Shown here: positions 11,201-33,549 of the stretch, one piece after another
Numbering within the stretch: the first letter of the stretch is position 1
Layout of the letters: each line of letters opens with the position of its first letter
Assembly: GCF_964188315.1 (NCBI RefSeq)
Contig: NC_135669.1
Coordinates: 16,554,001 to 16,618,000 of the forward strand
DNA: 64,000 nucleotides
Direction: 5' to 3'
Source of the DNA: Podarcis muralis
Taxonomy: Eukaryota
Position numbers and translations under genes: made by a program
Notes under the pieces: generated by a model
Told to the model about the DNA's origin: nothing
Database searches by the model: none
What the model saw: the letters and a program-made list of their open reading frames with translations, nothing else

Positions 11201-14200
11201 GATTAACACTGCCACCTGGACAAATGGATAAGAACTGTAGCCTGGGCAGTCCTGTTAAAAGTTTGTGCCTTTCTCACTCTACATGTGTTTTTGGTCTTTT
11301 ATTCCTTTTCAAGCGTTGAACATAAGAAAGCAGTCTATGCATTCTGGTGGGAGAACAAAGCAGACCCTAGCCTGAAGTCACGCTTCTTGGTTTCCTCTGA
11401 GGATTATGAGCTGTGAGTAGACGTTTTGCCAGTTAGTTTATGCTGCATTTTGTTTGCTAGATTAGCTATTCCACCTCTTTGACACAGAAGGAAGCTGCTT
11501 TATGCCAAGTCAGACCATTCATCCATCTTGTTCCATGTGGGAATGATAATTAGTGGGCAGTCTGCAGCCATAGAGACACCCTTGGCCTAATTTCAAAAGC
11601 CTTCCCCAAATACTAAGTCCATATCGCTGGCAGAAATCATCTCTGTCTCTTTGCTGATTAGCTTCTGGTCAGGTATCTCCCCATGCTGCCAGCATATGGC
11701 CTCTGTCAGTTATCCCCAAGAGGGAATATAGCCCCTTGGCCAAAGGAGAAGAATTTATTAGAGGGCCTGATGGTGGGACAGGGTTAGGTGTTGACCGTAC
11801 CTGGTTGTTTCAGGGCTTTGATACTGTTCCTCCTGCACTGCTGGGGCTCCCAAAGTAATCACTCATTCAGCCTGGAATAATTTTTCTGTAAAATCGTTTT
11901 CAATTTTCTTGTTGCACCACCTGTCTTCTGTGGTAGAGGCAGCAAAAGGCCACTGCCTCAGTTCACGTTGTTGCTCCACAAACTGATATAACTTTTGAAT
12001 CTGTTTCAGCTTCAAGGCATCACTCTCCAAAGCCCTGGAAGCTTATGAGGAAAAAGAAGATGAACTCATTCAAGAGGTGAGGACAATAATGTGTGTATGT
12101 GTGTGTGTGTGTGGTAGGAATTTGGGTTTCTCCTCTGCTTCAGGTTCTCATTGTGTCTTCTGCCTACCCCAATTCCAGGTGGCTGCTCGCATCAGAGAGG
12201 TGGAGCAGAGACGGCAAGAAGTAGTGCAGGCTGCCTTAGAGGTTTGTGTGCCCAGGATGCACATGGGCAGTATCCACCATTACGTTCACAACTGTTTCTG
12301 TGCCCCTTGCCTTTCTCTCTAGTTGTGCTGTTGCCCTGAAACACGTGATTTCTCTTTCAACCACTAGGGAAGGTGATGAATGTCCCCAGCAGTGACTATA
12401 CAAGCAGCACATCTCATCTCTCATGTCCAGTTTAGATTTCCTTTGTATGATCTTCCTTTCCTAACTCCCGTTAGCACTTCCAGGCTAGAGAGCAGAAACA
12501 CCTGGCTGGAAGTTTACAGTTGTTTGTGGTCTGGGGCACCCTCATCTCTTGAATGCCCTTTCTGTGCCTCCCCCCCCCCCCGAAAATGCAAAGTCCTTTA
12601 CGGGCCACTGTTTGCTCTATTGACAATAAAGCATTAAAATATCCCATCTAATGAGCTTCCTTTCCTTGATATGTCCACACCTTAAGTGTTGGTTAGGGGG
12701 CATCTGTGGCCAAAGCTTATTTGCAGACCCCCATTTCCCTCCAGTGCAAGAGCATGTCTTTGGCCATTATCTCTTGATGGGCATTGGTTGGATTCCTTCC
12801 GCCTTATTACTAGTGATTTCATTCCAAGGTTGTCCTACAGAGCAGACTTTACTATCGTATCTTGAAACAAGTGTTTTTTCCTGAATCAAACTCAGCAACA
12901 GGCAGAGACAGAGCTGTGCAATGGAGCTGCCACCGCCAATGCTTTTACAGGAAGCCTAAGGTAAGAGTTGTTTAGTCATGGTTATCAGTGGTGTTTGCTT
13001 TAGAGGCCTTAATGACTCCATACACCAAGGGCCCTTTCTGCCCTTTGTAATATGGCCTTTTCAACCCCCGTGTACCAAACTGTGCCCATATACTTTCTGC
13101 TTTACTCGAGACATTCTCCTGTGTTGTAGTGACTCTGCTTTTGCCACGGAAGAACAGCAGCAGCCTGGGCCAAGCAGAAACGTGGCATTTCTTGACGGAC
13201 ACCCTGGATCTGCATACAGAACTGTGCCAGAGTCAGAGTGGCAGGAAGCAGGACAGTCTTTAACTTTTATTGGCCATCAGGTAGGCAGATGGGAGCCCAC
13301 TTCATCTCTTCACAATGACCCATTTGTCCTCGAAAGCCTTTTAGTTTGGGGTTCTGGATGAATATAGCTAACGAGGGTATAATTACACTTTATTCTCACG
13401 GTGGCACGGATTTTAGTGTGTTAAATGGTTGGGTAATACTGAGATAGTTTTAAAAAAATGATTGTAGTCTACCTGGTTGAAGATTTTCTTTAGAAAGCAG
13501 AATATAAATCTCTTGAATAAGAAAAACAATCCACCGCAGGTGCCTTGTACTGCCATGAATGGCTTCTGACTTGAGTGGCAGAGCTCCTACACCAGTGGCA
13601 GACCAGCGAACAGTCTGGTGGTCCCTAACCTTTATTGTACATAATAGGATATGCCCCATTCCCAGCTTGATGTAAGATTCGGCTGGTACCTTCATTATAC
13701 ACCTTTAGGCAACAGTCGAAAATGTTCTTCAGTCAGGCCTTTGGCTGATTATTATCCTATTCCCTTTTAAATGTGTTTGTGGGAGAGGGGTTTATTGGTT
13801 TGTTTTTATCTTGCATTTTGTGTTTTTATCTTGTATTTTTATGTTGTGAACCACTGAGATCTATGGATGTAGGGTGGTATACAAATTTAATAAATTTGTG
13901 AACATGGGGAATTGGAATCGGGAGTTACATTACCTTTAAAAGCTGCACTGTATAATTAAATGCAACTCTTGCTCCTTCTTTGCAGCAATGGCAGCTGCCT
14001 CTTTATATACTTCCTCTTCTCTAAATCATTTCTACCTTGCTTTTCCCTTTGCTTTTTTGAACACAGGAACCAGCAGAACGCGGCAACATTTACACAGGTA
14101 TGCTAGCAAAGATTTGATTGCTCCACTTTCTAAAACATGATTTTGACCTGTCTTATGATGAGGTTTAATAAACTCTGGTCTTACATGAGAAAGATCCTAA

Positions 14201-16696
14201 CTGTGGTTGCAAATAGAGAATGCCCCAAAACACAGATTCTTAAGAATAGCCATGTTAACAGAAACATAGGAAGCTGCCTTACACAGACCACTTGTCCATC
14301 TAGCCCAACATGGTTGACTCTGTGACTAACAGTGGCTCTCTGAGGTTCCAGAATCTTTCCCAGCCCTACCTGTAGACACCAGGGTTTGCACCTTGTACCT
14401 TTTGCATGTAAAGCATGTGCTCTGCCATGGAGGTTTCTTTTTTTTAAAATATAATTTTATTAGTTTTTTTTAACATATCATTTTCAACAGTAATTAAACA
14501 TACTTTTAAATCTTATTCAATTTTTTGACTTCCATCAATCTTGTCTTGTCTGAAAATTTTCCCAATCTAATCTCTCAGTATGCATTTCATATCTTCCCTA
14601 TTACATTTCAAACTCATAACCAATATCTCTGTCTTTTTCTACTTTGTAACACTCCCTATATTTCTCCTTACAAAACTTCTTGGACAGGTATGCTAACAAA
14701 GATTTGATTGCTCCACTTTCTAAAACATGATTTTGACCTGTCTTATGATGACGTTTAATAAACTCTGGTCTTACAAATTACTAGCGTAATTTGTTGATTT
14801 CAGTTGCTCTTCAAATAATTCATATATTTCTTCCAATCTTCTGTAAATCTCTGGTCCCGCAGGTTTCGAATCCTTCCTGTCATTTTGTCCAATTCTGCAT
14901 AGTCCATTATTTCGTCTGCCATTCTTCTTTCGTCAGAATTTCTTCTTGTTTCCATTTCTGGGCTAACTGGGCTCTTGCCGCAGTTGTTGCATATAAAAAC
15001 TATTTAACATCTTGCCTATTAATGTCCTGACCTATAATACCAAGTAAAAATGCTTCTGGTTTTTTAAAAAAATGTATATTTCAACATCTTTTTCATCTCA
15101 TTATATATCATTTCCCAGAAGTTCTTTACTTTTTTTTACATTCCCACCACATTCCCATGGAGGTTTCAACCCTTGTTCAGGAAGGTAAAAAATATTAAAG
15201 ATACCTTATTGCATTCTCTGGAAAGATAATGGCCCCACAGATGGGGAGGCTGCCATTTGACACAGAGGTAAGAAGAATGGGGCTGCTCTAACTTGTCATC
15301 CTTCCATACTTTAGGGGCCAAACCCCCTTGGCTGATGGAGGAGGAAGGGGAAAGCACACCACAGATTGGACCTTCTTACGAAGAATTTCTCAAGGAAAGT
15401 GAGTATGCAGAAATTTGGCCCTGTAGTCGGGACTCTTTATTATGACACAGCTCACTTGCTGGAAATCAAAGTGAGACTAGGACTCCAATTGAGGCTTGAA
15501 AATGATTTCCTTCCCCACCCTCCTTTCTTTAAAGAGGAGAAACAGAAGCTGAAGAAGCTCCCACCCAATCGTGTTGGTGCCAACTTCGATCACACCTCTC
15601 AGACAGGAGAAGGGTGGCTCCCCTCCTTTGGGCGGGTTTGGAACCATGGCAGGAGGTGGCAGTCCAGGTAAGCCTCTGTGCACATTTGCTTCCTTTATAA
15701 TGTATCTGTATTTAACGGTGGACAATACAGCAGCTTTTACATGGTAGGCTCTGTAGCAGGCTCTCTAGCACCTTGGGCTCTTACAAAGAAAACCAGATGT
15801 GGTGGATCTTTGGTTGAATCCTACGAGGCACTTATTCCCAAACATTTAGCACATACTAGTTGAGTCTTTGACCCCAGCATTTTGAGCATACACTGGCTTT
15901 GTAAAATGAACGCTTTCTGGTTGGCCACAGAAATTTTAGTTTTATCTTTAAGTAGAGTACTTGTTACTGATGTTATCTGTCCTGGTATATTATTTCTTTT
16001 TTTTTAACTGACCTGTGTCACTTCCCTTCACTTTCATTAATTGACAAAATGGCAAGAAGTGCCTTTTATTAGCTATGGCCTGCCCAGTGCTGCATGCTCA
16101 GATAACCGGGAGTCTTGATTACTATAATCTGTTTCCATAGAACTACCTTTGAATAATGGTCCAGAAAATTTAGCTTGTTTTTTTCTGGACCTATGCAGCA
16201 CCTATTCTGCAAGATCTGCACAAGCTGCCAATATATTACTGGGCCCAATTTAAGGTTTCATTATTGATATGTAGAGCCTTAAGTCCCTGATGGTGTACAT
16301 TTCTGAGATCAGGGTAGAGAACTTCTTGCTGAACAGTGATAGCGCCTTCCCTGTATCCTATTAGAATTCCCCGCTTTGCAAATGTCAATTGCCTCTACTT
16401 TGTCTTTCAAGGTCAGGTCAAAACACACCTGCTTATCCAGGCCTTTGGTGAATTTGATTTAACACTTTGAAAAATATATGGTACGGGAGTTTATTCTCCC
16501 CCTGTCCCCCAATTAAAATGATAATTGGCAATACACTCATTTGTAAGGGAATGAACAGGGTGGCTCTGCAATTGATGTGGTGGCTGGTTCATTCTTTTAA
16601 GCTTCTTTTATTAACCATACTTTTTCTAGACATCAGTTCAAATCTGAAGCACAGAAACATCCTGGCCCTAAAAGGAAACGGCAACAAACTGACTGA
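7931..16696 (+). CDS. CENATAC: Centrosomal AT-AC splicing factor (CCDC84), 11 coding exons
   Basis: Exons 7931-8056 (in-frame upstream ATG at 7868), 8846-9012, 11314-11412, 12010-12076, 12179-12241, 12896-12960, 13130-13280, 14067-14097, 15315-15398, 15535-15667, 16630-16696; all GT-AG and frame-consistent. Motifs: CPLC...H...H zinc finger, WCICC...[45 protein letters not shown]...[21 protein letters not shown]. Confidence 0.93.
8272..8775 (-). mobile_element. tRNA-derived SINE with a CR1-like tail, interrupted by two DNA-element insertions
   Basis: SINE pieces at 8272-8315, 8465-8485 and 8717-8775. Inserts: a fragment ending TCCTGGCTACGCCCATG (8316-8464) and a Tc1/mariner MITE (8488-8714). 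Confidence 0.55.
8488..8714. mobile_element. Tc1/mariner-type MITE (227 bp)
   Basis: TIRs CAGTGGTACCTC / GAGGTACCACTG flanked by TA dinucleotides; inverted sister copy at 20689-20914. Confidence 0.85.
9700..10380 (-). mobile_element. Degraded L1-clade LINE ORF2 3' fragment
   Basis: Minus-strand translation [41 protein letters not shown] matches the L1 ORF2 C-terminal Cys/His motif. Confidence 0.7.
10490..11183 (+). mobile_element. 5'-truncated L2-clade LINE
   Basis: ORF 10493-10990 ([33 protein letters not shown]...); same 3' UTR and (ATT)n tail as the copy at 2950-3712. Confidence 0.85.
14431..15160 (-). mobile_element. L1-clade LINE 3' fragment, interrupted by a 92-bp local duplication
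   Basis: Minus-strand translation [21 protein letters not shown]...[10 protein letters not shown]...[15 protein letters not shown]; T-rich tail near 14435-14470. Confidence 0.75.
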
Positions 16697-17738
16697 AGGG
16701 AAGAAAGGCCTGATTCAATTACAGAAGGTTGTGCAGCCTGAGAAGAGGCCAGATGAAGACTTTTCTTTTTGAACATTCTGTATGTCAGCAAGTATCATGT
16801 GGTTATTCTGTATTAAAGTATCATTAAATATAAAACGTGTTTTAAAATTCTACTCATCTCAACTCATCTATCTTAAACAGAGAGCTCCTCTAAGGCAGTT
16901 ATTGTAAAAGTTGGGAACATGTTCTTATCCCTGGCTGTTCTGAGGGCTTATTCTCCCTTTTTTTAAAAAATTAAAAGGCACTAGCTCACTTTGTGCAACA
17001 AGCCACATTTACCCCAAAGGGCTAAGCATTCCACATTCTGTTTGCACAGTATCCAATAGGAATATGGTATAATGCAGGCCTGTTTCAATGCCAGGTCTCC
17101 ATTTCCTACAAGCAGAGGATTCACTTCAACAGCTCTCAACTCCCTGATACCTTGCTGGACTGAACACCCCCTACACTGCACAATGTCTTGGCTGCTTGAG
17201 TGGGTGGTTAAGCACCACCTCTTCATCAGAACCCTCCTGCATCAGGGCCTTTAAATCTGGACAGCTGGGAGTCCTTTATCCCTCCACTTGGATCTAATAA
17301 TCTATGCTGTTATAAGGAGACTAGAAGCCTGTTTATAAATAGCTCCCATGATAGCCTCATTGGCACAGTAAAAACAAAGACTGGGTGGTAGAATCTGCAT
17401 GTTTTATGTCATGGGCCCGGGACATAATTTTTAAAGTACATAGCCATGCACTTGCAGGCCAGCCTGATATGAAAATGAGTGAAGGCTTTTCAATGACTGA
17501 TTGCCTATGGTCCCTGACTATTAGAAACAAAGCTGTACTTAACTCCACTGAGCAGAAAAGCACACAAAACTTCCAGAGTTGAAATTATTTTATTGTAGTC
17601 ATTTACAGAGTCTTAAAGAACCTTCCAAGAACCTGCAAAACAAACAGATAAATTAATTAGAACCATTTGCCTGTTAAATAACTGCCATGATAGAATTCCA
17701 CCAAGCCATACCGCCAGCACTGAGAAACAGCTCACCTT

Positions 17739-19641
<1,903 letters not shown>

Positions 19642-19693
19642 GGTGCAGTCGGAGCGGCTACCGTCGCTGCTTCTCCCTCAGCGATTTCCGGCC

Positions 19694-19822
19694 AGAAAGG
19701 AAGGCGCCTCTTTGGGCAGGCCGGGAAACCCCGTAGCCGAGGGTCCCTTCCGGGGCGGCACCGGAAGAGATGCTCAGGCGGGGAGCTGGGCGGGAGCGGC
19801 GTGACGTCAGACGGAAGCCGCG
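19694..19822. promoter_or_regulatory. RPS25/TRAPPC4 bidirectional promoter with 5'TOP tract
   Basis: Minus-strand pyrimidine tract CTTCCTTTCT at 19703-19694 (TOP start); palindromic CRE TGACGTCA at 19802-19809; ETS-type CGGAAG motifs; TRAPPC4 ATG at 19823. Confidence 0.8.
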
Positions 19823-22800
19823 ATGGCCATCTTCAGCGTGTACGTGGTGAACAAGGCCGGAGGGCTCATCTACCAGCTGGACCACTACGCGCCGAGGGCC
19901 GAGACCGAGAAGACCTTCAGCTTCCCGCTCGAGCTGGTGCTGCGCCCGCACGACGAGCATGTCCTCGTCTCCTTCGGGCAGCGCGACGGCATCCGCGGTG
20001 AGGGGCGGGAAGGAGCCGGCAAAGGAGCGGCTCCGGGGGCTGGGCCCTTTCGACACAGGCGGCGCCCGAGGGGGACGAGCGGAGCCCCCCCCCCCCATTT
20101 CGTTAACACGCGCTGTATTCCCCCACCGCAAGTTTATACTTCCCCACTTTGCCTTCCCCCCACCTACCCGCGATTTTTTTATTTCTCGGTAGTGGCACCC
20201 GCCCTGTGGAACGCCCTCCCACCAGATGTCAAAGAGAAAAATAACTACCAAACTTTTAGAAGACATCTGAAGGCAGCCCTGTTTAGGGAAGCTTTGAGTG
20301 TTTAATAGGTTATTGTATTTAATGTTTTGTTGGAAGCCGCCCAGAGTGGCTGGGGAAACCCAGCCAGATGGGCGGGGTATAAATAAATAATAATTATTAA
20401 TAATAATATTAATATTCTGGTGCCTCCGCTGCCTTTGGACAGTGAAGGGGAGACGGAACTCATGACAGCTGCTCCTTGAGCTGAAAAAGCTTCGGTGGCA
20501 GCGCACACCTGAACCATGTCCACTTTATTAGGCTCCTCTGGCAAAGGGTGGCTCACAAGGGATCAGGGAATTGGGCTTTTTGCGGCATGGAGGGGGAACA
20601 ACTGGGTCCCCTCGACACTCTCCGACCCCCTTACCATTAGGCAGGGTGCGGTGGCTGCATTTTGATGGTCATTGATTTATTATCAATACAGTGGTACCTC
20701 GGGTTACATGCACTTCAGGTTACAGACTCTGCTAACCCAGAAATAGTACCTCGGGTTAAGAACTTTGCTTCAGGATGAGAACAGAAATCGTGCTCTGGCG
20801 GTGCGGCAGCAGCAAGAGGCCCCATTAGCTAAAGTGGTGCTTCAGGTTAAGAACAGTTTCAGGTTAAGAACGGACCTCCAGAACGAATTAAGTACGTAAC
20901 CAGAGATACCACTGTACATTTATGCTTCTGTTTATGAGGGTTTTTAGCCTCAGGTGTGAGATTTATAGTGAAACATTTTGACCACCTCCCAAAGGTTTTA
21001 TTTATTTGCTTGTTTATTTATTTATTTAGCACACCACCTTAAACCTAAAGATCTCAGGGTGGCTCAGAGATGTTCACTGGCTAAGCTTTGCCTACCTAAG
21101 ATAGGGATCCCAAGCTGAACCTGGTCAGACCTAACATCCACCACCCATCTCAGATTATGTCACTGGCAAATTCTGCTCCAGGAAATGACATTGTATACAT
21201 TGTACACTGGAGCTGCTCTTGCTCCTTTACTCCACTGATTGGCAGAGCTTCCAAGGGTGAGAGAGACAGGGAAGTTACTGATGCAGGAAGGCTTGCCAGT
21301 GTGCCGGGTGGGAGGGGGTATTGAGTGATGACTGCCTCTTCCCTTCTTTGCAGTGGGCCATGCTGTGCTTGCCATCAATGGCATTGATGTCAACGGAAGG
21401 TACACTGGTGACGGCAGGGATGTGCTGGAGTTCCTGGGCAACCCAGCCAACTACCCAGTGTCAATCCGCTTTGGTCGCCCCCGACTGTCATCCAATGAGA
21501 AGCTCATGCTGGCCTCCATGTTCCACTCGTGAGTCAGGGGTGGATGAGATGTTTGCCAGAACCAAGAAAAGGGAGAGGGGTTGACTGGTTTCGATATAGG
21601 GAAGGCACTTTATCAATTGGTACAATTTGGAGCTCTGTTTATGTGCAGGTTGTTTGCGATTGGGTCCCAACTGTCTCCTGAGCAGGGGAGCTCTGGAATC
21701 GAGATGCTAGAGACTGACACTTTCAAGCTACACTGTTTTCAGACTCTAACAGGTATTGCTTCTTTTATAATACAGTCATACTTCGGGTTGAATATGCTTC
21801 AGGTTGAGCTCTGCGGCGACCCGGAAGTAATGGAGTGCGTTACTTCCGGGTTTCGCCGCATGTGCAGATGCTCACAATGACGTCACGCGCATGCGCGGAA
21901 TTGATTGCGTTCGCTTCAGGATGCGAACGGGGCTCCGAAACGGATCCCGTTCACATCCAGAGGTACCACTGTATCTCATTTCTTGATCTTTGGTTAGTAT
22001 GGACAGCAGACCCAACTTGAGCAAGTGAAGTTCTGCAGCTACATTCAGTCAGGATGTTCCTAGAAGTGCTACTCTTTGTGGAGAAGTGGTAAAAGACAAA
22101 TGTTTACTAACTAGACATTTTGTATACTTCATAATTTAAAAATCACAAGTGGTTTACAAAAAAATAAAATGTTTATACCACTTAATCTAATAATTGTCTC
22201 CCCGGGGAGGCTCGCCTGGTGCCCTCATTGCATATTTTTAGGTGCCAGGCAAAAGCATTTTTCTCTAACCAGGCCTTTGGCTGATTAACATTCTATGGTA
22301 TTTTAAATGTGTTTGTGAGAGGGGATCATTGGTTGTTTTTTATTTAATTATTATTATTATTATTGTGTTCCTACAATTTTATTTTGTAATTTTATGTTGT
22401 GAACTGCTGTTCATTTTCAGGTGAAGGGCATTATACAAATGTAATTCATAATAAGTAGTAGTAGCTTACAAAAAGCAACAAAAAAAAACTCCCAATCAGT
22501 TAAGTTACCTAAAAACAAAAGTATGTATCACAAATAAAACTGAGCAGTGTACAAAATAGAATTAAAAGTGTAAGAGTCAGGAGTCCAATGAAGCTTGGGT
22601 AAACAGATGTTTTAAGAGGCGGTTAAATATCATTACTCCATAAATTTCCCAAGGTAAGGCATTGCAAAAGGTGGGAGCCACTGAGGCCTGTTTCTGCATT
22701 ACCAAGTGGCAATCGAGTGATGGTGGAACGACTTGCAGGGTGTCCTTGGGAGCTTGCTGGCTATCCTGGTCCCAAATTGTGTAGGGCTTTAAAACCAACA

Positions 22801-23877
22801 ATACCTTGGTAGCTAATAGGCAACTTTCTCCTCCTTTGCTGTTCCATCTGCCTGGTACCTGGCATTTGATATCTGCCTTTGCCTTGCAGGGCCTTTATTG
22901 AGGAAGAATGACAAGGAATGAACCTTTTTCTGCATTTTAAAATCACTCAGGCCAGTTGTATGTGTTGCTTTGGATGTGGCTTGCTCTAACTCTGTTTTTC
23001 ATATCCTCAGGGATAAAATTTGTGGTGCTTGCTGATCCACGGCAGTCTGGGATAGATTCCCTTCTGCGCAAGATTTATGAGATTTATTCAGACTTTGCTC
23101 TGAAAAACCCTTTCTACTCCTTGGAGATGCCAATCAGGTAGAGATCAAATGCACATTCTCACACTAAAACAAACCCTCCCTTACTAAAATTGATTCCCCC
23201 CACCATGTGTTTAGAAATCAGTGTACATGAGTATTACAAGAGAGAAAAGCTCTCCTGGCTCCTGAACCCCTCAGTTTATTCCCTGGGATGCTGGCAAATC
23301 CCATGAACAACTGTGGAATGTGATCACAATAGATAGGTAGTGCCACATTAGATAGGGTATGAGGCCTAGTAAGTCTGCATGCCTCCAGTTTGTTATATGC
23401 CCTCACACTGAGACATGTTACTGAACACTTCATGCCTGGGGGGCATTTTCCACAGTGCCAGTGTTGATTCAAGAAGTTAAGCTTATCAAGGAGAGCAAAC
23501 AGAAGCATCTTCAACAGGACCTGGAAGCCTGTAAGGGCCTTCCAGCTCCCATCATCCCTGACTATGGGTCATGTTTGCTGGGACTGATGGGAGTAGTCTA
23601 ACAACGTCTCTAGAAGGTCCCCAAGGTTGATCTTCAGGCTGCATTGACATGGTATTTCATACCTTACTAATGCTGAATCACACAGTTGCACTTCTTTCAT
23701 TCATCCCAGACTGAGAATAAAATGGAAAATGGGTGACTTACTGTTCTAAACCAGTGTGGTTATGTTCTAGTTCTCTTGTGTTTGTTTCACCATTTCAGAT
23801 GTGAGCTCTTTGATCAGAACTTGAAGCTTGCGCTGGAAGTAGCAGAGAAAGCAGGGCCTTTTGGGCCAGGATTGTAG
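19823..23877 (+). CDS. TRAPPC4: Trafficking protein particle complex subunit 4 (synbindin/Trs23), 219 aa
   Basis: Exons 19823-19997, 21354-21528, 21649-21752, 23011-23137, 23799-23877 total 660 nt ([20 protein letters not shown]...[37 protein letters not shown]); AATAAA at 24186-24191. Confidence 0.97.
20100..20410 (+). mobile_element. L2-clade LINE 3' end fragment
   Basis: ...[12 protein letters not shown]...[13 protein letters not shown], then 3' UTR ending GGGCGGGGTATAAATAAATAATAATTATT. Confidence 0.7.
20689..20914. mobile_element. Tc1/mariner-type MITE (226 bp), same family as 8488-8714
   Basis: TA + CAGTGGTACCTC ... GAGATACCACTG + TA; reverse complement of the 8488 copy. Confidence 0.85.
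21773..21971. mobile_element. Tc1/mariner-type MITE (second family)
   Basis: TA + CAGTCATACTTC ... GAGGTACCACTG + TA; related copy at 60776-61012; begins 20 bp downstream of TRAPPC4 exon 3. Confidence 0.75.
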
Positions 23878-25503
23878 GGTGGATTTATCCCACTTCAGTC
23901 ACCCAGTGGACTTTTCAATAACAACTAAAATGTGAGTCAGACAAATGACCAACCATCTGTTCGTAGCCACCTTGACTGCAATTCCAGAGCACAGAACGGG
24001 GAGTATTGCTGTTGAGTGGATGTGGTTGGCGCTGAATCTTGGCGGCTGCTAAAGGAAGCTGGCTGGCAGCCTGAAAGGAAACATTAGAGCTATACCATTC
24101 CTTCAAGAGTGGTGCATGTACATATATGTCTGCTGCAATGTATTCTTTTAATTTATAACTGAAGCACTGTATGTTTGCAAATTTAAATAAAGCATTCCTT
24201 AAATGAAGAGGGGGGACTTGATTCTTGAGCTGGGAATGAATTATCTGGTGTTCAGCATCCAGGGAGGGTAAGAGCCTGAACCAAATTGCAAATCTCTATG
24301 GGCTTCTGCCTAGTGGAGTAATACTATTTAGGAAGAGGCCTCTGCACAGGAACATAAGTTAATTCTACTTTATTGTCTTTATTGCTGTCAGTGTATACTC
24401 CATAACAATGAACAAGATCTGGAATCCAGTTTCACGTAAAACTGTCCATTTTTAGTCTGCATTATCAGCTCCTCATGGCAATTATAGGTAGAGGCCCCTA
24501 AAATGTCTGCAGAAGTGTCCAGGGAAGTTCTGATCAGTGCAAACTGCTAAATGCTACATTTCCTTACACTAAGGGGGGTGCGGGTAATCATTTCCTCATT
24601 ATCATGTATTTATTTACATCAGTCTGAGGGCTGCGTTCCCTTGCTGGCAACATGCCAGCAGAAGACAGGGCCAGAGGCAAAAGCAGGTAAATTTTACCTT
24701 TGTACAGCAGACTAGTTTCTACGCACACACATCCCCTTCTCTCTTCCATCCATGTAAGGAAGAAGCATTACAAGAGTTCAAGAACACATTCTGGAAAATG
24801 AAAACAATGTAGGGATGGGGTCTGGGGAAGAATCCAGAGGACCAGATAAAAGAGGCTTGGATGGTCACATTTGGGCCCAGTTCTAAGGTTTGCATGTCTA
24901 TATGCTTAGTGAGGTACACATGCCCGTCCATCCTTGCCTAGCTACAGCCCCAAATACTAAGATTAAGGAATGAAGCCTTCCCTCTTGTGAATGTCTCCAA
25001 TTCAATTACACCCCAATGAACCACAGACCGTTTGAGAAGAGAGTTCTCAGAGTTAACTGAATGTTGGAAGGTGAAGAAATCAAGGGAATAATTAAGCACA
25101 AATACACAAGAGAAGTGTTCTGTAGGTGATGGAGGTAGAAAAGTGACATCTCCCTCTCTAGGCAGTGAAAATGAGTCCTTACGTTGCTTGCTTACAACAC
25201 ATTTGGAAGAAGTGCAGGCTGCCAGTGAGATCATCAGGAGGAGCTGCCAAATCTTGCCTTTGCCAGGGAGAAGCAGAATAGGGTTTGGTCCATTAGGTCC
25301 AAACCATTCTGGCCGTTCCCATTTTAAGGAACAAAAATAGGTGGCAGCAAAGTGATTATTTTTTTTAAACAGAAAACTTTACCCTGGTCCAGGATACACT
25401 GTCAAAGCTTAGTTCTGCCTTGATCTAATAGTTGTTGGAGTACTTTTTTAAAACCCATGGTTGCAGTGGGAGGCTCCTCCAACAGCCAAGCCACCGCTCT
25501 GCT

Positions 25504-32867
<7,364 letters not shown>

Positions 32868-33549
32868 TGCGATTTCAGAGCTGTGCCTCTAAGGACGGAG
32901 AGAAGGTGCCTGTAGCAGTTCTGCCTTTAGATCCCAGTTTACAGTAAATGTGAGAAGAGGGGTGGCGGCACCAATGTGCTAGAAAGAAGAGAGAGAGGCA
33001 GGGAACCAGCAGCTGTCAGAGCACTTGAGCGGCAGGCGCTTGCCAGGGTTTCTGCTGAGCCCGGAGGTTTGCTGGAGTTCGCTGTTGCTCTCTTTTCTGC
33101 TCACGGCCACCTTCTGGAGAATAATTAACTCCGGGAACATGGCTGGACACACTGTTCAGTATAAATCCATCCACCTACAGTGAAACAAACAAGAGACACT
33201 AGCCTGGGATAAACAGAGCTGTCTTCCGAGTAGAAAGATTAACAAGGGTTTCCTCACTCCCACTACACTCTGACCCCTGAACTCAAATAGCACGATGGAG
33301 TAAGGGGGGGGGGGGAAATCAATGCCTTCCTCAATCAGGTCTACAACATAATCTTTGATAGGAACTAAGTCCTGCTGCAGAAGCAAGCTGCCTATGGGCT
33401 GGGCAGTCTACCTAGCACCACCCTTCCCAGGAAAAGAGTCTTGCTCCTGAAAGAAGGTGCAAAGCTGTAAAGACATTATCCTGCAGTCGCAGACACTGAT
33501 GGATTGCTTTGTCAAAATCAGTAAGGCAAGAAGGCTGTCTCTTGTATCG

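Noticed and set aside
19658-20506. 282-aa minus-strand ORF
   Set aside because: Antisense to TRAPPC4 exon 1 plus an L2 fragment; low-complexity composition, no domain.
32979-33140. 53-codon upstream ORF in the SLC37A4 5' region (minus strand)
   Set aside because: Its 3' end is a polypyrimidine tract + TAG that looks like a splice acceptor, so much of it is probably intronic; cannot be called without transcript data.
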